From NCBI GenBank assembly GCA_046563655.1, contig CM102286.1:9548001-9612000 (forward strand): a stretch of DNA of 64,000 bases. Reading direction: 5' to 3'. Origin of the DNA: Yuukianura sp. NJ FZ-2021 (taxonomy: Eukaryota). Shown one piece after another: positions 49,101-62,035 of the stretch. The translations under genes were made by a program, and so were the position numbers. Under the pieces are notes generated by a model. That model made no database searches, had not been told where the DNA came from, and saw only the letters and a list, made by a program, of their open reading frames with translations. Within the stretch, counting starts at the first letter, position 1. Every line of letters begins with the position of its first letter.

Positions 49101-52100
49101 TGGCTTTCATATCCTCTGATCTGACGAGTTCTCTGCCATTCCAGTAATGGCAGTTCAGAAAGATCAAACCAAAAACAAGTTTCTTCACCGAATATTTTCA
49201 ATTTTCAGTTTTATTGCATCCCCTTCACCGAAAAAAAAATTAATGGACACGATTTTATTCTTTTCCACTATCGGTAGAAAAAAAACATCAATCATGCCTT
49301 TCTCCACTGCCTACCCATATCAAAATCAAATCCTAATGAGTTTTCCTATATACAAAAATTAACTTTAATATCAATACCGGTTTCGGTTTTTGTAATTACT
49401 ACACCTTGCCAATTTTGACACGTATGAAAAATTATTAAAGAAAATGGGATCTCAATTTAGTCTAGAATAAGGGATGTGTTTAACTTTGTAATAAACAATT
49501 AATCCGTGAATTAAAAAAAATACAATGAGCTTAACACTTGACTAGATTCTGCACGCCCGCCTCTTTTCAATCTCCCATCGTGTCGTGAATTATAAACTGC
49601 CACTTCGAAAAGTGTAAGTTGATCGAGTCCATTCTCCATTCAAGACAGGATTTGCTAAGGGGAAGAACGTGATACGCAAGCAGTGTTTTTTTTAGCAATT
49701 CAGCACATCCAAGCAGCTTCACCACTATCAACCAACATAGCAATCATGAGCAGACTGGTTAGTTTAGTTCTTTTGGCTCTGGCTCAACTTCCAAAAGGAA
49801 CAAGTTCAGGGTCGGTCGATTCATTCTCTTGAGACCCACTACAACAATACTTCACAAGAAAATTTCCATTTCGGATTCAGAAATCCTACAAACCGCTTAC
49901 GGCGGCGTGTCTTCGCATCGCATGCTTTAACAACTATCCACTTTTGCAGTGTTCAAATTGCTTCAAATCTCCAGTTCCAAATCTAAAACAACATTTTACC
50001 CAAGGGAACCCACGAACCAAGTCCAAAAAACATGAAAAAAAAGTTTTAAATTGCCAAAAAACTTGCACAAAACCCCCCAAAAAATTTTTTTTTAAAAAAA
50101 AAGAAATAAGAACCACAGGACGCCACAGAGCGCAGAAAACTCGCCAGACGAGAACGACATATATTAGGATGCAAGGTTATTACGATGTGGATGTGCATAG
50201 TTTAAACTACAGGATTTTCGCATCTCGACGAAACACGACTGAAAAATGTTCTTCATCTTAGAATTGTATTGTTGAAGCTGTGGGAAGTGGGATGGATGCA
50301 CTAAAAAAGAATAATGTAACGTCCGTAAAACAGGCAAGAAGAGCCTTCTTAAGAGGATGTAAGAATTGTGAATTGCACTTTTTATATTATTATTGCAATT
50401 GCAATCCTCCTTAACTACCAGGTCCCGAGCCCTGCCTGCTCAAATAATGGGAGGAAGAACGTGGATTCCAAAGGCCCAAAGACTGAAACCACTTCAGGAC
50501 GAGATGAAATTTCGCCTCTTGGCTCCTTAGATTGCATCTTCGTTCAAAATCTCATCTTCAAAAGGCATCTCTCCTTCAATTCATCCGCTTTTTCTCCCAT
50601 GATCATCCGCCCTGGAGCCCTTTCTCATCTTCAGTCCCAGTGCATGCAAGGCAGTCTAGAGCCTTCGTCCTTTCAAAAACGACTTTTTGTACTCTGAGGT
50701 ATTTACATTTTTTTTATTCTAAAGACGTCTCAAGGGGTCACCGACCATCACGAACATTCTCCAATCCCTACGAACTCCCTATACTCCCGTCTAGCATAAA
50801 CTAGATTTAAATCCCACGCTTAGGACACTCCGGGACATGCCTATTTTTAAATCACCAAAATGAAGGACGGCCAATCCTCGCAACTCTACAAGACACGATT
50901 GCCATAAGGGAAGGCGCGATGATGATACAAAGAATTTGCAACGCCATGCTAAACTGCACCAGTCATTAGTATTACCACAACCACAAAAATTTTTTAGCCC
51001 TTTCTATATATTCAAAGGAAATTAGACAAGACGGTGGCAATAAAACGGAACGGCATAATCATTAGACTGTTCGTCTCTCCCGTAAATTTTTTACAACTTA
51101 TCGCAATTTAATTCGAGAACTGCTTATTACATACTACAGATGTGGAGTTCCAGTAGCCATTTAGAATGAGTTGTGTCAATAATTGAGTGCTTTCAACTTT
51201 TGTTTCCACTTGTGAAACGTTCGGCTGAACAATTAGCATCGTTGAGACAAACAAGTCAATTACTACGAATACATTTTGCCACATAGAATTTAATGTTTCT
51301 ACCTTGTTTACCCATGCACTTCCAAAAAATTCTGCTGAGACATCATAGTCGAAATTAGGAAAATATTGACTAGGGAGGAGCTAAGTTTAAATTAAAATAT
51401 CAACCGACACTGATGCTAAAAATGTTAAGATAATTTGCCTGTCGCTCAGTCCGTAGCTGTTGCCATAAATTTTAAAGAAATATTTGATCTCGCGAATTTC
51501 TAATGCAAGCTTTTTCACAATGGTGACGAAGATGTTGTCGAAAAAAGCGGGAAAAGAAAACCATGGTCTGCTTGGGCGGAACCCGTTTTTGTTCAAATAA
51601 AAAAATTCAAAATTGGTTTGTGAAATCTTAAAAAATTAAATAGGATACAGAAATTCCACGTTCTAATTTCACACTTCCGAACTCTTTTTCGCTCTCCCGA
51701 GTTTTTTAGTAGAAAAAGAAGTAGAAAGTTGAAAAAACTACTTTCAAAGTCTGGACTAAAAACAATTGTGACCACACGCCAAAAATTCATCAAGCCGCGC
51801 GCAAAGAATATGGTGGAAACGGAAACAACAAAGTGGAAACACGTGATTTTTTCCCCAAAATCACAGCTCAAAATCAAAATCGTGAATTTTGTCAAACTTT
51901 GAAATTCAATATTGACAATAATCTATTCATTGTAATGCTAGGCATTCTTTTCGTCTTCAAAATATTTTTGTCCTAAAATTTTAGCATATCGAAGTAATTT
52001 GCACTTTGCAATTGGAAATTGAAGACTTCTTAAAGTTGTTGCCTGCTTAACCTAAAATCGCTAAATCTTTCTAAGAATTTTTTCTTTCAAATTCGAAGAT

Positions 52101-52287
52101 CAACCTGATAAATGCTCCTATTTAAAACATTTTATTTCCGTCTGTCCTAATGCAACCACGAATTGCAAATCCCTACCACGACGAACCTGAAAGTACCGAC
52201 GCTAAGAACTTGCCTGTGCTAGTGGTGCTAAGAGCTAATTAGGCTGGTTTCAACAGGTACCCCAACATCAGTTAACGAGCTACGAGC

Positions 52288-53138
52288 CAGAGGTGGTAGC
52301 CTGCAGGTAAACCTGCGCAGGTTGCAGGCCAACCTGCAGCCCGTGCAGGCGGGCTCAACCTGCGGTGGATTTTTGCAGGCTGCAGGCGTGCAGGTTTTTA
52401 TTTGGAAATGTTGCAGGCGGGCGGGTTCAGCCTGCAATGCTCTGCAGGCGCCTGCATTTGGCCTGCAGGCTGCGGGTTGTGATTTTTTGAGCGTTTTATT
52501 CTCAGAAACTTCAAGAAAAGATAGAAACGAATAGAAAAATTACTTTGGAATGTTGTAGAATTAAAGTCAATGAAACTATGCAAACTTTTTGCTGCACATT
52601 AGTTGCACTATAGGGCTTTTAAACAATAAATAATGAATCCGGAGGCAGAAGAAATATGGTTAAGTAAAGTTGGCGTTACATTTGCACGTGCAGACAACGC
52701 AAGATTTGACAGTATAACTTTTGCGGATTTTTTTATGTGCAAGGATCAAGAAGTATTAAAAGTTAAACAAACCAAAAGTAAGGTAGCAGTGTCGTAGAAC
52801 AATTTATCACTAGGAATTTTTCTCGCTACGTGTTTGGATAGGACAACCGACAGATAATCGAGGGTGATTGAGTAATTGCCATTATATGCAAACGAATCTA
52901 CGCAGTAGTTGTAAGTGTATATTAAAATTTTCTCAGATTACAGTTCGTATAAAAAAATTGCAGGCTGACTGCAGGCAGCCTGCGCAGGCTGCAGGCTGGC
53001 CTGCCAAAGAGCCTTGCAGGTGCAGGCGTGCAGGCTGCCGATTTTCGACAATTTTGCAGGCTGCAGGCGTGCAGGCTAAAAATTCCTGCAGTGCAGGCGG
53101 GGCAGGTTGGGGAAAATAGTTGCAGGCTACCACCTCTG
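52288..53138. mobile_element. hAT-type MITE (851 bp), copy 1
   Basis: TIRs CAGAGGTGGTAGCCTGCA and TGCAGGCTACCACCTCTG. 8-bp TSD CTACGAGC. Subterminal TGCAGG repeats. Confidence 0.93.
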
Positions 53139-53725
53139 CTACGAGCACAGGTTTTTAGCTGACTGCCCATTAGAAGAAGCAATTACGCCTGAATAAAAGT
53201 ACTGGAAATGAACACTAAAACTCCATTTCGGAGGAAAGGCAACGGTCCGTTGATGACTGTTTGTGGGCTCATGCGTTTACAAACGAAAAAGTTCTACAAA
53301 CGGAAACAACAAAAATAGTATACGCACCGTCAACATTTACAAAATTCAACGGACCAAACTCGTCTTCAAGAAAAGATTCAAAGCAAGATGATAGTAGTTC
53401 ATGCTGAAGCGTAACCGGAAGTTCGCATGGAAAACTCCGAACTTGAGATGCACACCAAGCAATAGTACTCACACTCCACCTTAACAATTAAAACCCTATG
53501 CTCCAAAAAATCATCTCGAGAATTCAAAATGTATTTTAAGGTTCCAATTATACTTGAGCTATTAATTACTCCTAAATATGAAAACTGATAGGGACTCAAT
53601 GTTTGCAGGTATTTTCAAGGTGACGACGCAGTTAAACGAACCCATTCCAAACTATTTAGAGTCAACAAAATTTCCACAAAATTTCAATACGCGCCAAAAA
53701 TGGAAAATATTTAAAAGAGACTTAC

Positions 53726-55453
53726 GTTTTAGCATTTCGTTAATGCTTTCTGGAACATAATGACAGCCAGCGAAGAACTCTTTCCTGAGGTCAAAAAACG
53801 AATTATAGTATTCGGGTAGATTGATTTCTTTGGCTGAAGTTTCGGGATGCAGACACTGTCGAAGAGGTAACTGGCCATCCGCAACTAGAACAAACACATC
53901 TTCGCGCCCAACAAATATCCTGATAAATTCATCAATCTGCAAAAAAAAAAAAATAATAATAATGACAAAATTATGTTAGCTAACTAAAAATACAAAATTT
54001 AAGATCTGCACTCCACGCATCTCACTATTAGAAAATATTTATTCCTAGTTTGGAGCAACGGACCTGTCCAATGACTTCGTCCAGTATTTTTGCATTTTTC
54101 ACTTGTTCTTCGGACAATTTAAAGTCAACTTTACATTCTTCGGACAAGAGATTTTCATTAATATCGGACGTGTGGGGTTGAACTACGAATGATTTTGTTT
54201 CCACCACCTAAAACAAAAAACAAAATACATTCATCAGCATTTCGCCTTCACTTCCAGTGCAGAGTTTGGGGGTAAACGGAGACTAAAATATTCCGGAGTG
54301 ACTAATGACTAACTGCGACTGCGAAGTGTCGAAACTAATTTACAATTTTTAAGTATTACCAAGGGCTATGAACTCTCTCCATCATTTCGACTGTATGCAC
54401 TCTCAGTCGCAATTGGCAAAACGTTTTTGTTGGTATTACTATTATGGAAATTGCTTTCGTTTAGCTTAAAACAAAAATGGATGGGGGATGGAATATTTCG
54501 CTTGCTGAATTCTTGGAAGATACAATGGCGTTACGTTGCAAAGAGCCCAGTAATCGTGCATCCACCAAAGAAAAATGATGCCCGGTGGGGACGAGTTAAC
54601 TTATTTTTTAGGTCTCTAATGCAAACCTGTTTCTCCTTTCGGCGGCCATAGTCCATACATAACTGTGGTCTTTCTAAGATTTGAAAAACGAACGAATGAG
54701 CATTCATTCTGTTTATATGAAACTTGTACATGAATGGCTTCAATGGCAAGAAAAAGTTTTTAGTAGACTATATTTTGTGAGGATCGGACGTAGGATATCA
54801 ATGATGAAAATTCATTTCATTTCATCAATATAAAATTTTGTTTTCAGTCATACTAACGGAAGTTAGTAATTTAGTTACGATTAATCCAAGTTTGGAAGAC
54901 TTCGAAAACAGAAAGCTTTGAATTCAAAAATCACGAAAAAAACATAACCAAAGAAAATTTTTAACATGAATTTAAGTCACGACTAAAGCTGTCGATGGAA
55001 TATTTTGCAATGCCAAATTTTGCAATGCCAAATTTTACATTCAATTACAAATAGTTTTTTTAATTTTGAAGAATCAAAATGGGCGGAATGTTTTTTCGTG
55101 CAGGAAGTAGATTAGTTTGCGCATGGTTCCGAAGAATTTAAGGTACGAGTGTGACGGATTTGCAAAACCCGCATTTTGCAAAAACAGGAACATGACGCTT
55201 GGTCGAATTAAAGTGAAATTAAATTAAAAAGTAATCAATAACGTACCTCGTTAGTGGAGACTTTAAGAATAGATAGCACCAGGAGAACGATTTCTTCTTC
55301 ATCACAACCCAAGTTGGGACCATTCTGACCAGCAGTAGCAATAAATAGAACGCCCAAATGAGACACTGGATTACTAGGCGGTAGCGGTGAACTTGGAATG
55401 TCTCCAGAGGCCTCATCCTTGATTTCAACGATTAAGTTGTACTCTGGATCCAT
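53726..55453 (-). CDS. fus: RNA-binding protein fusilli / ESRP, first three coding exons (DEDD-exonuclease-like N-terminal domain): 55453-55247, 54207-54064, 53936-53726
   Basis: The spliced frame reads MDPEY...VLFIATAGQNGPNLGCDEEEIVLL...|VVETKSFVVQP...LSEEC...|...LVADGQLPLRQCLHPE..KEINLPEYYNSFFDLRKEF, matching ESRP/fusilli N-terminal motifs. GT-AG junctions are in consistent phase. The RRM exons were not found in the window. Confidence 0.88.
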
Positions 55454-57960
55454 CTTGCAGTTTAGACCAAATATCAATCAGATAATATCAAAATTTGGAT
55501 GTGGTGGGAATCAAACTTAAACGAATTGACTTAAACTGGTGTTTGATTTCGGCTTTCTCTTTCCCTAACAACAATTTGAGAAATTGATCGGTTGACTCTG
55601 CTAGAAGTCTGACTTTCCAACTTTACTACCAAAAAACCAGTTATTATTTAATCGCTAACGTTAGTTTTGCTGATTAATTTGATAACCGAAATGATCTACT
55701 TCGGACTCAACTAAAAACAATCACCCAATCCCGTAACCCCCTCCAACCCTTAAAATAGTTAAAAGCCGGACCAAAAATTCCCTACACCTTAAGCCGACAC
55801 CGATTGATGAAGTTCTGACTTGGAGGAGTTTTCCAACTATCTCATCAAGATCATCAACATTCAGAATCCTTACGAACTCTTCTTCCTAATGGATAAACAC
55901 ACCTGTAGAGAAAATCCCACAGGTAAATACCTCATCTCTAGCACTACCAGCCCCACAGATCCAACCAACCCCTACAAAAAGACAAAAGTATAAACCAAAT
56001 CCACCTCTTAAGCCTAATGAGGGGTTCCCAAGTGCAACGTAGTAAGTGGATCCGAGACACAATAGAATCCTTAACTTACCTGTTCTATAGTAGTACCTCT
56101 ATCCCTTTCCGTAGACTTCCATTTACGTGACTCCCAAATGATGCAGTCGTACTCCGTGACGTAGGGATTGGAGCCAAGTCTACCAGCAACACTGCCTACA
56201 AAACGAGGGTAAAAGTTTAAACTTGAAGACGTTGTTTGGCTTAAGCCTTTTCTATGTGATTTGAAGTTGACGGATTAAGCAGTGAAAGTGAACAGGTAGT
56301 ACGAATCAGACTATTGAATAAGAAGTTCAGGTAAAACCGTAAGAATACCTTCGCTGACAAAGCCATGATGCTCATTTTCACTCCAGTTCCACCACCATGT
56401 TGAAAAGTAGCACTTATGAGATGACATTTTACTGATTATTTTGGAGCTGAAACCGGAACATCGTCCAATACCATTCCAGAGCAAAGTGTTTTAGTAATAC
56501 CTTGCCTAGGAGAAATGAAAATGCAAATACGAATTACAAACTGGTTCGGTAGACTAACTTGATATGATCATTTAGTACTTACCCAAATGCTGAAACTGAA
56601 TCGCACAGTTATACTTCCAAATGAAAGTAAACCGTGATGAATTAAATTCCGACTTCGCTAAAGATAAATGTAATGTCGAAAATCGAATACACGAATCCCA
56701 AATCTATGCAGCAGTACATTGCACTTTAGTTTTTCTTTTTAGTACTTTAGAATTCCAGAAATTCGACGTTCCAGTACACTATTCGCAGAGATTCCTCACG
56801 AAAAAACAAAGAGGAATTTGTTGTTGGTAAACACATGAGATTCACTTCTTCCTTTGAGAGATGGCGCTGCCTCTATTGGTCCCAAAAATTTAAACAATTT
56901 TGTAAACACGAAAGACGAAATCATGGTTAAGCCAAATGTTAGAAACGTTAGCTTCTAACGTTGGGAACGTTGTTCGAAACAGATTTAAAGAAACGCGCGT
57001 TTTTTTTTAGTTCAAATCTTGATACATAGAAATTGACTGAGAATTTTGCAAAGTGAGAGCGGAAATTAATTAAGTGAAAACAAAAGAAAAAGGAAGAAGT
57101 CGACAAACAATCACTTTCTCACTTGACTTGTCGTTGATTTTAACTGTTTCCAAGTTAAATTCAGTCAAACGTTGGATCTGACGTTGAAGAGATATTGGGC
57201 AATTCTGAAGCCCAAACGGATAATTAGTTTTTACAATTTTTAGTTTTAATCTTAAGCGTTGCTAGTAAATAGTGATTTCCTGCTCAAAATCAGTTTGAAC
57301 AACGGCATTACGAACTTCACTTTTTTCCAGTTTCTGACACTTTTCTAACAAAACTAATGTTTCTTAACGTTATTTTCGGAAAATTCCGTTTTTTTCTTTT
57401 GCGAACCCGAAGTTTTCAAAGTGCACACATTCTTTCAAAATGAAATGAGTATGAAAGTGACACTTTAATATCAAAATTGGATAATACTGCATCCACTACA
57501 GTATTAGTAAAACGTTTTGGGGTCAAGTAGATCAGTTGTTACTCCTTTTCGTAGGTTAGATAGCTCATTTTATGTTCTAAATTTTATACTTTCAGCTTCC
57601 TTCTGGCCGGCAGCAATAAATAATAAAACATTGTTAAGATTCGATTGTTGATTGAATTTATTATATTTGAGTTGACGAATGCCCTCGTTAAGTGGAAGAA
57701 TGACCACTTAACACGTGGTATAGTATTATTTAGTTGAATCCGGATTTCGGAAAACATTGAAATTAGAAATTATTAATTCAACGCTTTTTTGGGAAGTTGA
57801 AAGTTGCAACTGCAATAATTGTAGAATCAGGTACTTTTCGTCGTATGTTTAAATAAGGTCGAAAATATTATGGTGGAAGTATTTTGACTTTCTTCGTAAG
57901 AGATTAAGCTGTTTGTATAGTCGCTTCTTTTCGATCCGAAAGTAAACATCAGAAGAGTAC

Positions 57961-59012
57961 TTAATAATTACAACTGCAAGAACATTTTGGAGCAGGTCCC
58001 CCACTGTTTCCAAATACTTGAACTGGAACAGATCCTGGCTGGCCATATCCGTGTCCAGGAGGCGGTGCTTGATAGTTACCCGGATTATTCGGTCCAGGCT
58101 GCGACTGGTAGTAACCAGGATTATTCGGTCCAGGACCAGGCTGTTGATAGTAACCAGGGTCTTTAGGCTGGTTTGGATTTGGCAAGTCAGTGTCTCCCGG
58201 TCCAAGTCCTCGGTAAACGTTTCCTCCCTTGTCATGTGACTGACAATGTTTTGGAAACGATGCTCCGTTGGCAACGTTACCACTAAACTCGTTGTCACAT
58301 CCAGTCACATAAAGACCTACACAGGTAAAACGCAGCGTGAAAACGTAAGTTTCATGATATTCATGATATTTCATGATATTCCGAGTTTGTTCATTTATGA
58401 ATTACCGTGATTACAAACGTTCCCGTTTAACTTATTCCCGGATCCTTCTATGTTGACTTCCCCATTGGCAACATTTCCATCCAAAACATTACAGCATGAA
58501 TCCTTCGGAACAATGATAGCTGGAGTTTGAATGTTTACAGAATTCGCTCGTAGTGTATTTTTAGACTTTTCAAGGATTATGCCCAGATCAGCTTCAGAAA
58601 TGACGCATGCCTTGACCGTATTTCCTTCCCCTCTGACTACAATTGCTTGACCTGTCTTTTGCAGAACGACTCCTTCTACGAAATTGTCGTTTCCTTCAAT
58701 CACGAGCCCTTGTGTTGGACCCTTGATCCAAAACCCGCCAATTTTCCAATTTGACCCCCGAACAGTCAGACCGACTCCATCACTTTCTATGGTCGAGTTG
58801 TAGTCCCCGGTAAGTTTAGCACCGTTGGCAGAAGCCACAAAGTCACCTCGGTATACCATCGGAAGCATTTGGATTGTGTCGCCCTGTGAAGCCTGAGCCA
58901 GGGCTCCTTGCAGCTCACTGGATGATGCTGGTTTGATCACGCGTTGCCCATTGGTAGTCGTAATGGCAACAATTAAGCACACAAATAACAATTTCGCAGT
59001 CTTCTTTTCCAT
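57961..59012 (-). CDS. Secreted right-handed parallel beta-helix (pectin-lyase-like fold) protein with a Pro/Gly/Asn/Tyr-rich tail; exons 59012-58406 and 58316-57961 (320 aa)
   Basis: Signal peptide, SSSELQGALAQASQGDTIQM..VYRG start motif and repeated xIxxxGxxNxxxG/N coils. A phase-1, 89-nt GT-AG intron joins the two track ORFs in frame. C-terminal CSCSC. Confidence 0.78.
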
Positions 59013-60604
59013 GCCTAAATCGCGAAACTAAAGGCTTAAAGTTTTGAGTCGCTTTGTATTCCAGTCGGAGTTAGAGTGACTATGTAAAAATTTCTCCGTG
59101 GAACTTGTCTTTTATTAAGTTTTGCCATTTTTTGCCGTTTGAAGTTATTATTTATGTTCCGGATGCTATTAGCATTTTAAAAATCATTTCTTAGGCAAAC
59201 AAAGGGATGTTGATCATAAGATATACACTTAAAACTGCTTAAAATTAAGCTTAAGCGCATAAAACAACTTTAATGGAGATGACGATGATAAATTCTTGAA
59301 AGAAAGGTCAAGTTAGTCACGTCCTCGTCTGCAAATCTTTTGACGGAAGCAATTAACCGTCAAATTTTTTGGGCAAACTGCCAGAACGGGCTACTAAAAC
59401 TTAATTCCTTACTTGAATAAGTTTCCTAAAGAAAAACAAAATATTATCGTGAATATTTTTTTTCAGATATATACACAACGCGTGTTATGATTCATAACTT
59501 ATGAAAGCTTGATTGCATAAACAATTCAAAATCAGAAGGTCACAGTTTCAGAATTACTTTGTCTTTACGTTTAAAATTTCTACGACTGTCGGCGTGTTAC
59601 TGGTAATCTTACAAAAATAAGCATCGCTAATTACTCGCGTTGACTAAAACCCCACGTTGTTACAGGTTTATAACGTTACATCAAGCAAATTAACCCTTTC
59701 TTTATTTCCAGCCATTTACGACATGAACCCACCGACGACGAGAATCGGATCGGAATTCGGAAGTGAGTTAAATAATTTTGTTTGAGTTGTTAACTTTATT
59801 GAAGCGTCATTTTGTTTAGAATCACGGGGCACTACTGCCATCTCTCGCGGAACTCGAGCATTTCCTCTCTCAACTTTGAAACAAAAATTTTACTGTAAAA
59901 GCTCTAATATGAACCTAAGAATCGAATAATCATCATTTTATCTGTTCCTCTCATGTTAGATAAATAAAACAATTATATCTGCATATCATTGTTAGTATAC
60001 CACCACATCACAAAATGCTTGAAATTTTCAATCAGTACGATGTGGAGTTAAAAGATGATGTATACCTGCGTAAGATTTTAAGCAAAAGCATTTTTAATTT
60101 AAAAAGCAATAAATCAAGAAAGTACACTCACTGCAAACGTCTCGTAATACAAGCACATATCAAGTTTAATAAAAACTGTACATGCTCCAGTTGAATTCCT
60201 TTTAAAGAACGAAAAAAGATCAGAGAGAATTTCAAAAGCTGAGTTAACGTTTACATTCAAAAAGAAATAAAAAGCATAATTATTAGTTCTAAAATTTCAA
60301 AAATTTAATGTAATAAACCATTTACGTCGCCAGTCAGTAACAAATACTAAGATTACAAAATTACGTCTGCATGGAATAATACACACCCACACACTTCAGA
60401 ATACTTACGGTACCAACAATAATACTTCGAGGTTAACTTATTTTTGGTTAATTTTCTTTCTCCAAAAGGTCAAATTTACTTGTGAAATAAAATAATTTCA
60501 ACAATTTGATTCATAACCGATTGAAAAATGGGCAATAATACTTAAGTGTGTGAAAAAACAAATAAAAAGAATAATTCCTGCTGGGATCGAAGCCGTGTCC
60601 TAGG

Positions 60605-60610
60605 TATAAG
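60605..60610 (+). promoter_or_regulatory. TATA-like element about 30 bp upstream of the 7SL RNA
   Basis: TATAAG at -32 to -27 from the inferred 7SL start. Confidence 0.4.
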
Positions 60611-60636
60611 TTTGTCTATTTTCCCCGCTTCTGTTG

Positions 60637-60941
60637 GCTGGGAGTGGTGGCGTGCTCCTGTAATCCAGTGTCTGGGAGGCCGGAGTGAGTGGATGGCTTG
60701 AGCTGGGGGGCTCTGGGTGGGAGGTTGGTGACGTTGACTGGGCGTCCCATCTAAGCCTGGCATCAATATGGGTGTGTGGGAGGAGTCTCATGCATCCAGG
60801 TTTGCTAAGGAAAGGCGAACCGGGCCAGGGGGGAAACTCAGCAGCCAAAAGCCTTCGTGTCGGGCAGTAGGGGGATTGCGTCTGGGAGTTCCGCCCCTCA
60901 CCCAGCCTCGGCAATACAGTCGGACCTCAATCCAATTTTTT
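60637..60941 (+). ncRNA. 7SL: 7SL (signal recognition particle) RNA gene
   Basis: 5' Alu domain GCTGGGAGTGGTGGCGTGCTCCTGTAATCCAG. Central GGCATCAATATGG...CTAAGGA...GAACCGG, and helix 8 CCAGG-GGG-GAAA-CTC-AGCAG. About 300 nt, ending in a T6 terminator. Confidence 0.92.
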
Positions 60942-61181
60942 CAACAAAATTCATTCACTTTTCAAAAAAAGAAATTGAATTGTCATTTTTTTTATTGAAT
61001 GTGAATCCAAACTATTGCTTCCTTTATTTTCTGTTTTCCCAAGAGGATTCTTCAACTTTATTTTGTTCTTAATATTGAGAGTAAAATCATTGAGGTTTTA
61101 ATTTTTAAAAATTCCCGGTATTCATTTTAATTTCCGCCAATGCAGAAACTCTCCTTAAGTAAACAATCCACAATACCCTAC

Positions 61182-61996
61182 CAGAGGTGGTAGCCTGCAG
61201 GTAAACCTGCGCAGGTTGCAGGCCAACCTGCAGCCCGTGCAGGCGGGCTCAACCTGCGGTGGATTTTTGCAGGCTGCATTCAGCCTGCAATGCACTGCAG
61301 GCGCCTGCATTTAGCCTGCAGGCTGCGGGTTGTGATTTTTGAGCGTTTTATTCTCAGAAACTTCAAGAAAAGATAGAAACGAATAGAAAAATTACTTTGG
61401 AATGTTGAAGAATTAAAGTCAATTGAACTATGCAAACTTTTGCTGCACATTAGTTGCACTATAGGGCTTTTAAACAATAAATAATGAATCCGGAGGCAGA
61501 AGAAATATGGTTAAGTAACGTTGGCGTTACACTTGCACGTGTAGACAACGCAAGATTTGACAGTATAACTTTTGCGGATTTTTTTATATGCAAGGATCAA
61601 GAATTTTTAAAAGTTAAACAAACCAAAAGTTAAAAGTAAGGTAGCAGTGTCGTAAAACAGTTTATTACTAGGAATTTTTCTCCCGACGTGTTTGGAAAGG
61701 ACAACCGACAGATAATCGAGGGTGATTGAGTAATTGCCATTATACGCAAACGAATCTACGCAGTAGTTGTAAGTGTATATTAAAATTTTCGCAGATTACA
61801 GTTCGTATAAAAAAATTGCAGGCTAACTGCAGGCAGCCTGCGCAGGCTGCAGGCTGGCCTGCCAAAGAGCCTTGCAGGTGCAGGCGTGCAGGCTGCCGAT
61901 TTTCGACAATTTTGCAGGCTGCAGGCGTGCAGGCTAAAAATTCCTGCAGTGCAGGCGGGGCAGGTTGGGGAAAATAGTTGCAGGCTACCACCTCTG
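61182..61996. mobile_element. hAT-type MITE (815 bp), copy 2
   Basis: Same TIRs and interior as 52288-53138, with an internal ~40-bp deletion. 8-bp TSD TACCCTAC. Confidence 0.93.
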
Positions 61997-62035
61997 TACC
62001 CTACCCCTCACAAAAATTAGTTTTTACTGCATTTC

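Noticed and set aside
46200..52280. Short ORFs (60-109 aa) in this interval
   Set aside because: No recognisable motifs or consistent exon structure; probably intronic or intergenic sequence.
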